NCBI RefSeq assembly: GCF_018350175.1
Contig: NC_058368.1
Span: 10,416,001-10,480,000, forward strand
DNA: 64,000 nucleotides
Origin: Felis catus
Lineage: Eukaryota
Reading direction: 5' to 3'
Shown: one piece after another, positions 11,161 through 25,550 of the stretch
Layout: each line of letters starts with the position of its first letter
How positions within the stretch are numbered: the stretch's first letter is position 1
Translations under genes and position numbers: made by a program
Notes under the pieces: generated by a model
Databases searched by the model: none
What the model was told of the DNA's origin: nothing
What the model saw: only the letters and a program-made list of their open reading frames with translations

Positions 11161-13250
11161 AGACCAGGTTTCTGAATGTCATGGTAGACATATTTTTGAG
11201 ACAAGGGCATTCACACACCTTTGGAAACAGGTATCGACATAGCCCACTAGGTTTTGGAATGTTTCTATTTGGAGGTGGGATGGGTACAGAAAGCTGGATT
11301 GCCGTTTTTGTGTTCACTGACTGAAACAGATCTGAAACCCAGGCATACGATTCAGTAAACAAAAAAGAATGGAGACAGGGATGAGTATAATTCGCTAGTG
11401 TAATCCACTAGTAATCCATAGAGTTCATTTTAGAGTAGAATTTAGCTCCTTTGTGCTAAGACTTTGCCTTTTCACTTTTATTGTTGTGACAGAGGTTATT
11501 GATAAGTCTGTCTTTGCATCCTTGCTGGGAAGGTGCCCTTTTTGTGATACCCGGTGACATCACCTACGTATTTCCCATAACCGGGAAGGATAGGACTTGT
11601 ATGGAAGAATTTGGAGGTGTATTCATTTTTCCTCAAGAAATTTTTAAAACTAAACTGTGTTTTAACTACATTAAAGGATTTTAAAAACATCGATGTAATA
11701 CTTTGGTCATCTTGACACAAATGTTTTCATTTTTCTGGTTCCTTCCTAGTCTCTGTTCATATGTGAATTTATTTTACGTATTTAGAATCATGTCTGTTTT
11801 TCCATTTAACATAAAGACGTTTCCATTGTTTCGAAGTCTTTATTATTACAGTTTCAGTTGTTACACAATAGCTCATTCGCTACTTATTTTCTTATAAAGC
11901 CTTTTAAAGTATTTGCTATGTTTCTTTTCTGGCTGGTTCGTATTAACATGCTGCCATAGTTATTTGAAAGTTTTATGCAACTATTAATAATATTAGTTCT
12001 CTTCACACATGATTTCTGTTCTTATATAATCCCTCATGAATATACATGTGGTATAAATATATATAATACATATATAGCCATTTCTTAAAAGTCACTGGAA
12101 ACTACTGCATAATTCATAATCAACAGCAGGAAAGCCCTGAATTTTACTGAGTAATTAACTGCTAATTCAGCCTTTCGGGTGTTTTTTTCTCTCTGACATG
12201 CCATATTATTAGTCTGACTTAACCTTTCATTACTGTTCTTGCATTTCATATTTGTACATGAAAGTTAAAATAAATACTACATAAAATAAGTGAAGCTTTA
12301 TTTGATAATTCCAAGTATTTATATTGAAAACCATTCTTTATATGAACTTAAAGGTTGGTGTGGAATCTACATTAGTGTTGTAATAGTTCCAATATTTAGG
12401 CATTTATTCTTAATAATTCTTTTCTACATAAGTCTTTTGTCTGCAACAGTTACCAGGAAATAGAATAAAACACAGAATATACTAAAGTTTGTTGGGAGGG
12501 TGGTGTTCAAGCGTATCATATAGCTGACTTTGGGCTTGTGATAACGTGAAATATATTGAATAGTGTTTTACTTCAAAGCTGACATTCATGGCCTGAATCA
12601 TATTAATCTCTCTTGGTGTTTATGCATATTTATTTAACCATAGTTGTGTCTTATTTCTGAATCTTAGTTCCTCCTATGTTTGTAAGTTTTAAAATTCTAT
12701 TGTTACTATCATTGACTGAGTACTTAAGGATTATATTTCTAGTATTTAGAAATACTCTTCCTTACCATGGTGTTTTAGCTTTTTTTAGGGCACTTAAATT
12801 TTTTTTTTTTTTTACATGAGATAAACGGGATATTATATATGCTCTTTTGTTCAGCTGAAGGGTTTTATTTTCCATCTGCTACCTGTGATGTCTACACAGT
12901 GAAATCTGTTTCTGTGCCTCTGAGTTATGCCTGGTTGCTTCGGGGCTCTTCCCTCCCGGTAGCCTTTGCGAGTCTGCAAATTTCAGGTCAGCTCCGGTAC
13001 CAGTGGAGACCCTTCTTCGAGGCCCTCTGCACTGTTTTATGCCTGAATGACCAAGAGATTGTGTGGATCCAGCCAACATCCTTCATTTCTAGTAGCTCGT
13101 GAAGAGAAGAAAAAAAAGAAAGTAGTTAGGAGAGTAAAATGTCAGGTCTCTAAAAATACCTGCATTTAGAAATTGAGTGTTTTCTTTTTTTAATCAGAGT
13201 GATCATATCGTACTTTTATTTATTTCTTCTCTTTGATAATGTTTCTTCAG

Positions 13251-13327
13251 GAACTCCCAAGAGTCCTCCTTCTCCATCAGATGTCTAAGCAGGAGGGTGC
13301 ATGGACCATACTTCCGTTGTTACCACA
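13251..13327 (+). CDS. B3GLCT: B3GLCT coding exon (human exon 5 equivalent, 77 nt)
   Basis: ttcttcag|GAACTC...TTACCACA|gtatgt; translates [25 protein letters not shown](H), matching recalled B3GLCT sequence; phase joins next exon. Confidence 0.96.
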
Positions 13328-13637
13328 GTATGTTTAATTTGAAATGTGTGAAGTTTGACGTTTCCACCTGAACATTCACTCCTCTTATTGAGTGTGTTTT
13401 TCCTCAGAGTCAAGAAAATTTGAACTCTGTTTTTTATGACTACTACGTTACCCAGATTTCTTGATTCTTTTAACCATGAATGGCTTCTATTTTTAAATAT
13501 ATTGCTTTCTTAAAAGATAAAATGTTGATGTATTTGATAGTTGCATTTGAAAACTGTCTCCCTTCTGGACTGGTGGTGTTGCAGAGAGAATTTAAGAATT
13601 CTAGCTGTTTGATAAACTATTAGTATCTGGCTTTTGA

Positions 13638-13970
<333 letters not shown>

Positions 13971-14224
13971 TAATAAAACCACCTAGTTTAAAATGAGAAA
14001 GAATGAAATAACAGTTGACTGTCTCGAAGCAGTGTTGAATCATTTCTCTTTGAGGTTTCTGTCGCTTTCAGAGGGATAGAACTTATAAGGAACCCTTTTT
14101 AAATGAAACCAATCTATTTATAGGTGGTGGCAATTTCAGAGAGTTAAAAAGCTATAACCCAGAGTTAAGAAATAAGTTTAAATTGCTTATTTCTCTTTGT
14201 CAATGATGACCACGTATTATTTTA

Positions 14225-14570
14225 GATGGGAGTATTTCTTGGTTGCCAACTGTGTGTCAAGCACCATGACAGCAGGGGCTAGGACAGATGCACATCCTGA
14301 TGACATGGCTGGTACAGAATGACAGGGAGAAAACAAGCCATTAAAGAAGCAATAAAAAGGGAGATGGTTTATAGTCAGGGAAGCCTAGGGTGCTGTTAGA
14401 AGCATATAGCAGGGCATCCAGCCTAATCTGGAAGGGTCACGACAGGAGGTGAACTTTAATCTGAGTCCTGTAGGACGAGTAAGAGTTAACAGGAGAGAAA
14501 GAGAGTGTTTTAAGCAGAGGGAACAAAAGTTGCGAAGGTCTGGAGGTAACGGGGGCATCTTGTGTTAGTA
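14225..14570 (-). mobile_element. L2 fragment
   Basis: ccaactgtgtgtcaagcacc...gaggtgaactttaatctgagtcctgtaggacgagtaagagttaac...agcagagggaac, typical of L2; approximate. Confidence 0.6.
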
Positions 14571-16934
14571 GTTCAGTGCGACTTTCCATATCCGTATCTT
14601 TCATATTGTCAGGTTTTGTTTTATTCTGGGCAGATACGACGTAGCAATTGGATCTTGTTTATTTCTAAGTCGCTAGCACTGAGCAGAGCATTTGACAGGT
14701 AATGGGTGGTCAGTGAGTATTTGTGAATGGCTGAATAACCCCGTGATGGCCGCCTTCCTGATGGCCCACGTTGCGTCTCAGGAGGATGTCTTGGAGACAT
14801 GGCGAGAGTCATCAGGTCTGCAGTTCTCTTGGAGAAGCCCGGGTTATACCCTGATCACCACGTGGAATCTTTAAACTTGGAATAAACAGAAGTGGGCCCT
14901 TGGGGTACCACTGGATGCCTGCCCCACCCCTCTTCTGGTGCCCACTCCCAAACTAAATCAGGCTTAATGAGAGTGTGGGGAAGGAAAAGTGGCTTCTTGG
15001 GTGTCTGCTTGGTTTGTTGATGTAGACGAATGATGTTGGGCACCAGTGACCATTCTCAAACACCGGAAAGTTTGTTACCTTAACAGAACCACTGGTTTCG
15101 ATGTTCTTTAAAAGCCGCAAGGGTCCATTATGGTTCCTTTTTGTGCTTTTGCTTTCTGGGAAGATACAGACATAATTGAATGAGCAGGTTGTCGGGTTAA
15201 AAAGAAAAATCCTTCGAAGGAGAAGAGAATTACGAATGCATCTCATCCCGTCTTTCCAGATGATGCTAACCAGCATCCATGTACTTTGGCCATGTTGCGT
15301 GTAAAACATTTGTTAGGCTGCTATGTTTCCTTTTGACTCGAGAAAAACTCCCAAATGTTTTTTAGGATATAGGAGTTTTAATCTCCTCCTAGTGTTCATT
15401 TCACCTGGAGATTATTTTTCCATTATCCATAGCTCTAATTCTGTGCAGAAGATGGTGACTCACTGTGCTTTTTAATGAAAATTGGAAGGATAAATTTAAA
15501 AGTTCAAAGCAAGTTCATGAAAAGCAAGTACAGAACAGAGGTAAAATGAGATGCTTTCCTCCTCTCTTCTGAACTCAGCCTTTAAAAAAGAAATCTAGGA
15601 TGCTTTATTTCTTTTGAAACTAGCATTAGGAAATAAAGATTACATAATGTTTAAGTTAGCTCAAACCAGTGTGCTTTTTCCCCCTACCATTTGAAATTTT
15701 AGAAACAAAGCTATAAAGCCAACCCGGCTTTGCTAGTGACACAAATAAACTCTATTAAAATAATAATTATGTTGTATGTTAGAGCATCAGCCTTTTTTTT
15801 TTTTTTTTTTTTTTTTGGATTCTGATGTCTTTTCCCCTTCCATATCTTTGTCATTCTTATGCAAATTTATGCTGTTATACAATATTTTAAATGAGAAATT
15901 TTGATCTTTATTAAAGTAATTAATCTTTGTTAAACTGCCTTTCCAGGTGATTTGTATAAATTTCTGTGTCTTGCTGGATTCTTTCTTTTTTTCCCTGCCG
16001 TATGCTTTTAATGTGAGCATGCATTTGCTGAAATGTCTTGACATTTTTTTTAATAGAGGTGAAACCAGGGTGCTGGTAAAGAGTAATTCTCTGATACTTA
16101 TAGAACATTCTCTGAGTTATTCTTTTACAGTTTATCTTGATTATAATTGTCTTTATTATGAAGCTATTAAGAAAATCATTAAGAAGGATAGGGGAAGTGC
16201 CCTTTCCAACAGATTCCATATTAATTTCTCCCTTAAATTAGTTTACAGTATCTCCTCCCTTTCCAAATATTGGAAAACAATCTTATATACTAGATAATAG
16301 CTGGACACTGCCATTAGGAGTTAAAACATAGAAACATGTTCTGCATAAAATTGTATTTGCAACAGGAGATTATAACAGTGAAGGGTTCGTGAGAAAGGTG
16401 CTGAAAATCTCCTGGAGTGTTTTATTTTCTTTAAACAAGCTATATCGACAGGGTAGGTTAAATGTGATGATTTTCACGTTGGGTAACATTTAGCAGTTTG
16501 ATAAAGTGCTATAGTATTGATTTTTTAAAAAGGATCACGAATTTTCTATCTTAAGCCAAAGCCATTTGCCTTATAATTATCCCTCTTGCCCAGTGATGAC
16601 TTAAAATCTCCATAAAGCATCGGGAAGAAGCTCATGATGTAGTTCTGTAACCTTCACACACAGTTTTGTTGATGGCTTACATGTGTTCAGTTAGGACCTG
16701 TTGCTGAATTGACTGAAACCGAGAGCCTGGGAGGTACTGGGGACACACCCATAAGCAGAAGAAACAACACCGTGTCCCTCCTGCTCTCGTTTTTCTGATA
16801 AGGAGCCGAGAGTGAGGTGGTGATGGTTGAAACAGAGAAAATATGCAAAGCATTTAGGACTTAGGGTGTTTGGTTTAATTACTTTCGCTTCTTTAATAGG
16901 AGAGTTGCCTTTTGAAGCTTTCTTGGGCTTGCTC

Positions 16935-17230
16935 CATTCATTTAACAAAAACCGGTGAGCACTTATTACGCGTTAGGTATGCTGGTGGGGATACAGCAGT
17001 GAGCCAAATGGACAGCTTCCGTGTCCACAAGGAGGGGAATAATCCTGTGGCGGGGAGATAGGCAAGGAGCGAAAGTGCAAACAGCGTGTCAGGTGGTAAT
17101 AAGGACTGCGGAGAAGAAGAAAGCAGAATGCGAGCGATGCGGGATAGAATGGGGTTGGGCTGACTATTCCGTATGGGATGTTCAGGGAATACCTTGCTGA
17201 TCGGGTCACTTTTGAACAGCATACGAAGGA
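16935..17230 (-). mobile_element. L2 3' end
   Basis: cattcatttaacaaa...tgagcacttattacgcgttaggtatgctggtggggatacagcagtgag. Confidence 0.65.
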
Positions 17231-17279
17231 ACCAAGGGAGTGAGCCATGCGTGGCCTGCTCCTGGGTCAGACTGCCTGC

Positions 17280-19590
17280 TTCATACCTCCGCTTGTCTCA
17301 TCGGAATCTCAAATCCAACATGTGCAAAACTGAACTCTTAATGCCCCTTTTAAACCTCTCCCACCTTCAGCCTCCCTCACCTCAGAAATGGCATCATGGT
17401 CCATCCAGGTGGCTCCTGTAAAAAAAAAAAAACCTAGGACTCGTGATCGATTCCTCTTTTTCCCTCAACCCCATGTTGGCATATTCCATTGGGTCTACCT
17501 CCAAAATACATTTCTTTCCTCCTCTCTCCATATTTAATACTACTGCTCTGGTCCAGGCTACCATCCTCTCTTGTCTCGACAATTATTAGGGTCTCCTCAC
17601 TGGCCTCTTGGTTTCTACTCTTGCCATCCTAATAAGCTAGCATCTCCATAATCTAGCCTAATAATCCTGATAATCTCGCCTCTCATTCAGATCATACCAC
17701 GCACCTGTTCAAAAGCCTCCACCTCCAGCTAAGATAGTTTCACTTGATACAGCATTTTAGGGTGGCAGTGATTTTCCTCTATCACTGTAAAGACGTTGTT
17801 CTATTGTCCTTCACATTCTGTTGTTTCTCTTACAAATTCAACCATATGCCTTGTTTTAGTTCCTTTAAAAGAAATGTGTCCACCCTTTTCCCCTCAAGCT
17901 ACTTTTAAGATTTTCTGTACCTTTGGTTTTTTTGACCACCTGCTTCTGTGGCCTCCTCTGTACTTATCTTTATTGGTGTTTAGGGAGCTTCTTGAATCTA
18001 CGGCTTGATGACTCTTGTTAGTTTTAGAAGATTCTGAGGCTATATTCCTTCAAATGTTGATTCAGTTTCATTCTATTACTCCTCCTATTCTGGTCTTCCA
18101 ATTTTTCGTGGGTTTTAGACCTTCTTACTCTGTCCCATATTGTTTTTATGCTCTTTTCTGTATTGTCCTCCTTTCTTTTTCTTTTTTATACACCAATCTG
18201 GATATTTTTTACTGACTTATCTTCCAGGTCACTAATCCTACCTTCTCTTATGTCTAATATCCTCTGAATTCCTAATTTCAGTTGCAGTGTTCAGTTTTGG
18301 AATTTCCATCTGACTTTTGTTTCTTATTCTAGCTCTTTGGTAAAATTCTTTATCTTTTCATCTATGTCCTTAAATATGTGAATACTACTTATTTTTTGAT
18401 AACGGAAGAATTTGATTTATCTGTGCATCTCATTTCTCTCTGTTTTTGTTCTGGTGCTGATTTTTTTGGCACATGTGGTAGTTTTTCCCTAAATGCTAGA
18501 TACCGTATGTGAAAAATCGAAGAGGCTGTGGATGGTATTCCTTTCTATACGAGCAATATTTTTCCGGGTTGTAGACCGTGTTTAGGTAGGTCTATTATAC
18601 AGATTGCCCTTATTCCTAGATCCCTTTCTTCCAGCAGATCCTGCACATGAGCTTTTGGTCAGCAATTAGGCCCTCTACTGCTGCTTTCCACTTGGTTCTT
18701 CTCTCGGTTTTTGTTTGTTTATTTGTTTATTTTTTTGTTTTTCCTTTTTTTTTTTTTTTTTTTTTTTTTAGCCTAGGAGTTGAAGGGAAATCATATGCAG
18801 AATTTGGGACTCCTTTCTCTGGATCCACTTAAATCTCTACCTTGTTGGCAGCCTCCAGCCCCAACCGCTGTCTCAGTCCAGCAGGCTGCACGGTCCCAGC
18901 TGCTGCCTTCTGTTGTGTGCCATTGGCTGCTATGGGAACCAGCAAATTCCATGGGGGGAGTGACTATGGGGTTCCCATGCATGGGCTTCCCTTCTTTCTC
19001 GGATATTTTTCTTCATCTACTCTCTGTCTTTGTTTTCCGATGCCCGTGATTATTTGGTTTAAGTGTTTTCTCCGGCTTTAATACTTGCTCTCAGTGGGAG
19101 AGCGGGTCCGATCCAGGCTATTCTGTTGTGGCCAGAAGTGTAAGTCTTCTACCGCACTTTGAGTAAAGTCCGTGTTGCTTTTCACGGGCGTCTAAAACGC
19201 ACCCTCGGCTGTCCCCTGACTGTGTCTTTCATACCATATTTCCCCGTACCCACTGTATTCCAGCCACATTGGACTTCCTTTTTTATCTAAGGTATCAAGC
19301 TTTTCTCACCTTGGGACTGTGTATTAACTGCCTTGATGGCTCTTCCCTGGATTTGTGCATAGCTGGCCCTTTGGTATTATTTACTCTCAGTTCAGATGTT
19401 AGCTCATGAGAGGTTTCCCTTTCTTTGCCGGGAAGTCCCTGGGTACCCCGTTTTCATCAGAGCACGTCGCGGTCACCAAATGAACCTGCTTTATTTACTT
19501 ATTTTCTGTGTCCCCCACTATTGCATAAGCTGCGTTCTCACGTGATGTGGAATAAATGTTAAATGTTAATTGAATGAATAAATGAATCAA
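17280..19590 (+). mobile_element. L2 split by an old antisense L1M insertion (about 17730-19140)
   Basis: L2 motifs ctcaaatccaacatgtgcaaaactgaactc (17310s), resuming at ccagccacattggac (19260s) and ending aataaatg...gaatgaataaatgaat; intervening T-rich L1-like sequence. Confidence 0.6.
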
Positions 19591-19968
19591 ATAGGCACTG
19601 ATTCTGGAAGGGATTTTTCAGATTCTCCTTTGCAGACCTCAGTATGGCATAAAGGAACACTGTTTTCTTTGCCTTAATAGTATTTTGATGTGGAATTTTC
19701 TATAAAATGCCACTTCTACATGTTTATGGCATAAAGATGCCATTTCGTTGATCCTGTTAATATACTAAGCTACTCTCTTTGTAAAGATTATGCCGTCTTG
19801 CTTATCATAGAGTATTGCATTTTTGTTAAAATGCTTTAGAGAGTAATAATCTGTGCTAATTCTCTATCGCCCAGAGGATTTAATTAACTAAAATTAATGA
19901 CGTGACTTTGTTTTTGGTCCTATACGAAATGGCTTTTTAAGAAAATGACATTTTATATCTTTATTTGA

Positions 19969-20109
<141 letters not shown>

Positions 20110-20125
20110 TAAGGATTTACTAGAC

Positions 20126-20127
<2 letters not shown>

Positions 20128-20167
<40 letters not shown>
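20128..20167. repeat. (TG)20 microsatellite; purine-pyrimidine alternation continues to 20189
   Basis: Read directly; starts 20 nt after the end of exon 7. Confidence 0.97.
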
Positions 20168-20171
<4 letters not shown>

Positions 20172-20254
20172 CGTGTGCGTGCACGCGCGATTCAACTTCT
20201 GTTTCACTGAGTCCTGTAACTGATGGATCCCAAGTGAGTTTTGCAGCCCGAGAC

Positions 20255-20445
20255 AGTGTGTGGTGGGGTGGGAGGACCTGGAACAGGAGCCTGAGGAACC
20301 TTGAGGTTCTTGCTTCTGCTCTGTCACTTACTAGTGCCCTCAGACTGATGACTCACCCCTTCCTTATTTCTTCTTCCTCACCTGCAAAATAAGGTGAATA
20401 ATAAATTGTGGGACCAAGGGAGGGCACATAAGTACTCTGAGAACT
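20255..20445 (+). mobile_element. MIR fragment
   Basis: ctctgtcacttactag...tttcttcttcctcacctgcaaaataaggtgaataata resembles the MIR core. Confidence 0.55.
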
Positions 20446-20959
20446 CTACACCCAGAGGGGTTATTACTATTATTAATGGATCTGGTTAGCTACAGATGTG
20501 ATTTTGATTGTCAGGAAGAAGATGAATCAGTAACATTGCCCGGGGGTGGGAGCTGATGGCAGATTATGTGCGTGGGTACACACGTTTAAACATGGGCCAG
20601 GCAAGAGGGACACTTAATCAGAGGCTCCATAGCTATTCGGGCCCAGATATTTGTGTGTATAATCACAATAATGCTTTTTTTCAAGGTGAAAAGGAAAGAT
20701 AATTAAGTTGTAATTCAGGAGAACCATGACTGTTGACAGGCTTTTAATTTGAATGCTTCAGATTAATTATTATGTGTTTTTTGTTCTTTAGGGAAGAGAA
20801 AGTTGGTAAAGCAGTTGTGGCCTTTGTATCTTCAAAGATGGAGGGTTTCTGTTATTTCTTACGTTGGGCGTGTTGTTTCTAGGGCTCAGAGTCTCAGAAA
20901 CCTTTTGAGCCCGTGGTGGATGTGGGCTGGGTAGGCACGGTAGTCCTACCTTCTCATTT

Positions 20960-21470
20960 GTGGCTGGCCAACACTTGGTGACTACTCCCTTGACATTGGA
21001 AAGTGTTTTTTTTATTTTTATTTATTTTTTATTTTTTTTAACGATGTAAGACCCTCCTTCCCAGTGTAGAATCCGCAAAGGGACAGTAACAACGAAACTT
21101 CCATGCAGCCTTTCTTGCTGCTAGAGAGCAGCCAAGTGAGATGGCCTCCATTAGGCAGATGCACTCAGTCATATGGGGAAGGAGACGGTGCCTGGTGGTC
21201 CGTTTGGCTTGAGAGGTCATGACAGAGGAGGAGTCCTTTGGGGGCTGGCAGCCGAGACGGTACTTCCTGATGGTGGCAGAGACCCCAGCTCCTTGACGAC
21301 CCACTTCTGGAGTATAAATCTGGAGGTTGTTCTGGGGATCTCAGCCTAGAGCTTCTCTATTCAGACTCTCCAGTAATTGTGTCAGCCAACTCTATGCATT
21401 AATAAGTGCACTTTGTGCCCAAACTGGCCAGAGTGGATTCTGTTATCTCCGACTAAAACGTGTGACCGTC
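20960..21470 (+). mobile_element. Ancient ERVL solo LTR (LTR33-like)
   Basis: Internal cttcctgatggtggcagag and 3' end aaactggccagagtggattctgttatctccgactaa resemble recalled LTR33/LTR16-class consensus. Confidence 0.55.
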
Positions 21471-22402
21471 CTGAGACTCCCGGGCAAGGACGCCCTGCCC
21501 CCAGCCTGTGCCAGGCATGCCTAGGAGGGCTCATACATTTTCCCGGCCCCATTCTTGGAGGGCAGGAGGGGAGGGGCAACGAGAAGAGAGAGTTGTCATT
21601 TCCTTCTCACCCTGCACTGGTTGGCCTGGCTCTGCTCTCCGCTCTCTGCAGGGGTGAGGGGAAAATACTGCGTTTCAGCGGCCCAGGGTCATCTTTATTC
21701 TCAAATTCATTCAGCTTGGGTTTGCTGCCGCTCGAAGAGCGGGAGCCCCCAGGACACTCTTCTCCCAGTATGTCCTGCAGCCCTGTGTTTGGGCCCAGTT
21801 CAGCTCCCTGTGTCCTGTCTGGACTCTCTGGAGCCACGAGTGGCACACCGCAGCCCCTCGGCCGTTCCTTGGGCCTTCGGGACTCTTCGCCCTGGCGGTC
21901 GCCTTCCTCTGGGTCTGTCCTCACCCTGTGGCTTCAGAGCCTGGAACTACGGGGGCTGCCTTCTCTCCAGAAGTTCTGGTGGCTGTGGTTTCTCCGACTT
22001 GTGACTCAGAAGCTCTTCGTCAGTCTGTCGTCTTCTGTTTCCCGGAGGACCAAGTCCCCCGAGAGAGGGACAAGTACAGCTGATCCTGTCCTGTGCGGTG
22101 CACTGTTCCGAGCGCAGACGCCACACTCTTTTCCCAGGGCTGGAGAGAAACCCAGAGACCTGTGACCCTGGGCAGCAAGCCCGGGCTGTAACCATCTCTC
22201 TGAAGCCCGTATAACCCTCTCCTCATATCTCCCTTCCGATCCAGGAAGCCACTCATCTGGGAAACAAATCCGGTAGTTTATAGTTTCACTTTCTTTCCCT
22301 CCCCCATCTAGCAAGGACCTTGGTGGTGCCTTGATACGGAATGCACTTCACCTTTTCCTGAGTTAGATGTAATCAATAACTGTTAAGTACTGCTTTCCTT
22401 TT

Positions 22403-22596
22403 TTTTTTTTTTTCTTAAATTTTTAAATTTCTTTTAATGTTTATTTATTACTGAGAGAGAGCATGAGCGTGGAGGGGGCAGACACGGAATCTGAAGCAGG
22501 CTCCAGAGCCTGACGCGGGGCCTGAACCCGAAACCTGTGAGATCATGAGCTGAGCTGAAGTCGGACGCTTAACTGACTGAGCCACCCAGGCGCCCC
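22403..22596 (-). mobile_element. CAN-SINE
   Basis: TSD aagtactgctttcctttt (22385-22402) / aagtattgctttcctttt (22597-22614). Confidence 0.93.
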
Positions 22597-24171
22597 AAGT
22601 ATTGCTTTCCTTTTGACTTACTTTTAAACCCCGTGAGTGAAAGTAGTTTCTGTTGTGCACCATCTTTGCCTCCTAGAATCCTCTTAAAGGACCGTTTAGC
22701 CCAACTCCTTGCTTGCCATGCAGGCAATAAAGCATAACCTGTTCTTCAAAACCTCTTGGGTCTATGAATTCTGCCGTCTGGCTTCACTGCTTATAAGATG
22801 TGGAGGCAGCCAAAGCCCTGGCAGGTTCTGTTGGCTCTGGCTTACGCTCATAACTACCTCATGCTCACCACTGACTCACTGCCAGGGCCTTTGCGAACCG
22901 GTGCTCCAGGTTCTGCACTAGCCAAGATACTGGTCTTATTAAGGGGAGACTGTGTTATGGATAACCTGGTGTTCTGTGGAGGTGGTCCCACGGGCACGTG
23001 CTTCTCTCGTCCTCTTTACGAGGTCGCTGAAAACATCTATGGGCAAGCGGCAGCTTACTCTGAGTACCGAGGGCCCCACTGCAGCGGGGTATGTAAGGAA
23101 CTGCGGCTAAGGGAATTGGGGCCAAAAGGCTGGTCTTTTGTTCGAGTTCAGGAAATGTCCAGCCCTTCCCCCATAACTCTGGCATGATAGAGGAGTAAGG
23201 CACCAGTCAGCCTTCTGCATTCCGTGTCGTCTGCTTTTATAACGCTGAACGGTTGCCAACAAGCTGCACGATGTTTGTAGTTAATTAACATCCATGGTCT
23301 TTGGTGTGCCTCCCCTCCCTTTCCCCTGCCAACAAAAACAAAACAAAAATGTGGGCTCTACCATAGTGGTGTCTTCTACCATACTTCCTTTCTCTTGGGA
23401 TGCAGGCAAGTAATCAAACAAAATATAATGTAACCCATCTAGCATAGCAACTGTCCTGTGGCCAAGATCTATTTAGAAATGGTTTTCTCATAGGAGATTC
23501 TATACATTCTTTAAGAACCCGGTATTATTCTTAGAACTAAAAGAGGCATAAAGTATCCACGAGCCCCACTGGCTGCAAAATTGGATCTTCCCAGTTGTTT
23601 TCTCCCGGTTCCAAAGCTAATGTGCTGTTTCTCCCTGTTATTAGAAACTGTATTAGTTAGCATGCTGGATTAAGAAGATATCGTTACTGTAACTGGAAGG
23701 TGAGGTCTATGTTGGCCGATGTAGGGGTTCTGCCCTGTTATTGAGGACGCTGGTTCTGTCTCTCTCATGCTTAGTATACAGCATCCTGCAACCACATACA
23801 TCATCAGTTCATCCTAAATCTGGTTCCCTTTGTTGATTTTCAAGGCAAAAAGGGCTTTCTGTATATATATCTTATGTTCAGCAGTGAAGAAGCTCTCTAA
23901 CCATGGAATGTAAGTGCTTATCTTCAGTCTCTAGTTGGATCTTGTCTGCTCGCAGTTGGTGGGGTCAACTTTAGGCATGTACCAACTCCTGGACCATTAA
24001 TGGTTGCAGGGAATTTCAGTGCTTTGGTTGGGATCAAACGAATTCTGACCCTGGAGCCCATTTATAGGGCTCAATAATTTAATCAAAATGAGAAGTCTCT
24101 TAGGACGAAGGAAGAGGAAGCTCCTATATTGTGTAGGCAATCAACAGTGCCCGCTACAGGAGTCTCCTTTT

Positions 24172-24391
24172 TTTTTTAAATTTTCATTTTTAAGGTTTAT
24201 TTATTTTTGAGAGAGAAAGAGCAGGGGAGAGGCAGAGGGAGAAGGAGACGCACAATCTGAAGTAGGCTCTAGGCTCTGAGCTGACAGCACAGACCCTGAC
24301 ACGGGGCTCAAACCCACAAACCATGAGATCATGGTCTGAGCTGAGGTCAGACACTTAACTGAAGTCGCCCCCCCCCCCCCCCCCACCTTTT
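24172..24391 (-). mobile_element. CAN-SINE whose 5' end is replaced by a C17 run
   Basis: TSD GTCTCCTTTT at 24162-24171 and 24392-24401; poly-C 24368-24384. Confidence 0.9.
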
Positions 24392-25177
24392 GTCTCCTTT
24401 TCTTGACTTTATGGCCCACTCGGTAGGTAGGGCAACTGTTAACCGTTGCTTAAGTATTTCTCTTGCTCCAGTCATCAGAAAAACTGGTTACTTAAAAACA
24501 TTTTACGACACACACTTTTATAGACTATTTCCCACCAAAAACATTTGCCCTAGTAATCCCACATTAGTGAGTTTTGGATTAACACTGCCTAACATTTCCT
24601 GATAATCCGTCTGTGTGATCTTCTAACAATAGCATCGATAAAAAAAGTACTTGCAGTTTTGGAGACATTTACAATAAGACGATCTTTTCAAATAGGTGTT
24701 TTTACAGAACACTGTTACTGTTTTTTTCTGTTGTTTTTCCACCAGTAAAACTTACCTAGATTTCCTTCAATAGTTTGCTCTTTTGACTAGCTCACGAATG
24801 GGACTGTAAAAGTCAGCTAGGAACTTGAAGTTGAAGAGGCCCTCTGTCTGTTGCAAATTTCCAGTCTAGGTGGTTGTGTCTTTAGAGCTGTATTATTGGG
24901 ACATGACTTAATGCCTTCGAAAAATAGGCAAGCTGAATATCAAATGTCCTATTTTCCAGGAACTGAATATTTAATGAGGAAATATTTTATCAAAATAATT
25001 GGAATTTCTGGCCTTAATTGTTTTTTTTTTTTTTTTTCCTGGTATTGTTGGTCACTGCACTTAGCATTTGGAAAACGCTTGTGCTGTCTTGTTTAGAAAA
25101 GTGAAACCTAGTTCCCATTTTAGGGCTTGCCTTTTAAGTTAGGTGAATGCCTTGCACACTTTTAGGACTTGACCATA

Positions 25178-25403
25178 TTTTCTTTAATTTTTTTTTTCAA
25201 CGTTTTTATTTATTTTTGGGACAGAGAGAGACAGAGCATGAATGGGGGAGGGGCAGAGAGAGAGGGAGACACAGAATCGGAAACAGGCTCCAGGCTCCGA
25301 GCCATCAGCCCAGAGCCTGACGCGGGGCTCGAACTCACGGACCGCGAGATCGTGACCCAAGCTGAAGTCGGACGCTTAACCGACCGTGCCACCCAGGCGC
25401 CCC
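25178..25403 (-). mobile_element. Young SINEC_Fc-type SINE
   Basis: 14-bp perfect TSD AGGACTTGACCATA at 25164-25177 and 25404-25417; CpGs retained. Confidence 0.96.
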
Positions 25404-25550
25404 AGGACTTGACCATACATTCAAGGTGACCGACTTATGCTCACGAGACCGACTCATTGACATGAAGTTGGTGGTGTTGAGGTAACCATCACTTAAGGTT
25501 ATGGTAGACTCCACGGGCTGCTAGACGTAGCCACAGAATGTCAGTATACA

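Noticed and set aside
10781..11362. 193-aa ORF as a host gene or active L1
   Set aside because: Flank read-through into a truncated, frameshifted L1 ORF2 fragment
1..13250. B3GLCT exons 1-4 and promoter
   Set aside because: No sequence encoding the expected upstream peptide (GIVFVIQSQS-like) was found; presumably upstream of the window
21377..22165. 262-aa ORF as a novel nested gene
   Set aside because: Starts inside an LTR at a non-ATG codon, is Ser/Pro/Gly/Leu-rich with no domain; expected in GC-rich DNA
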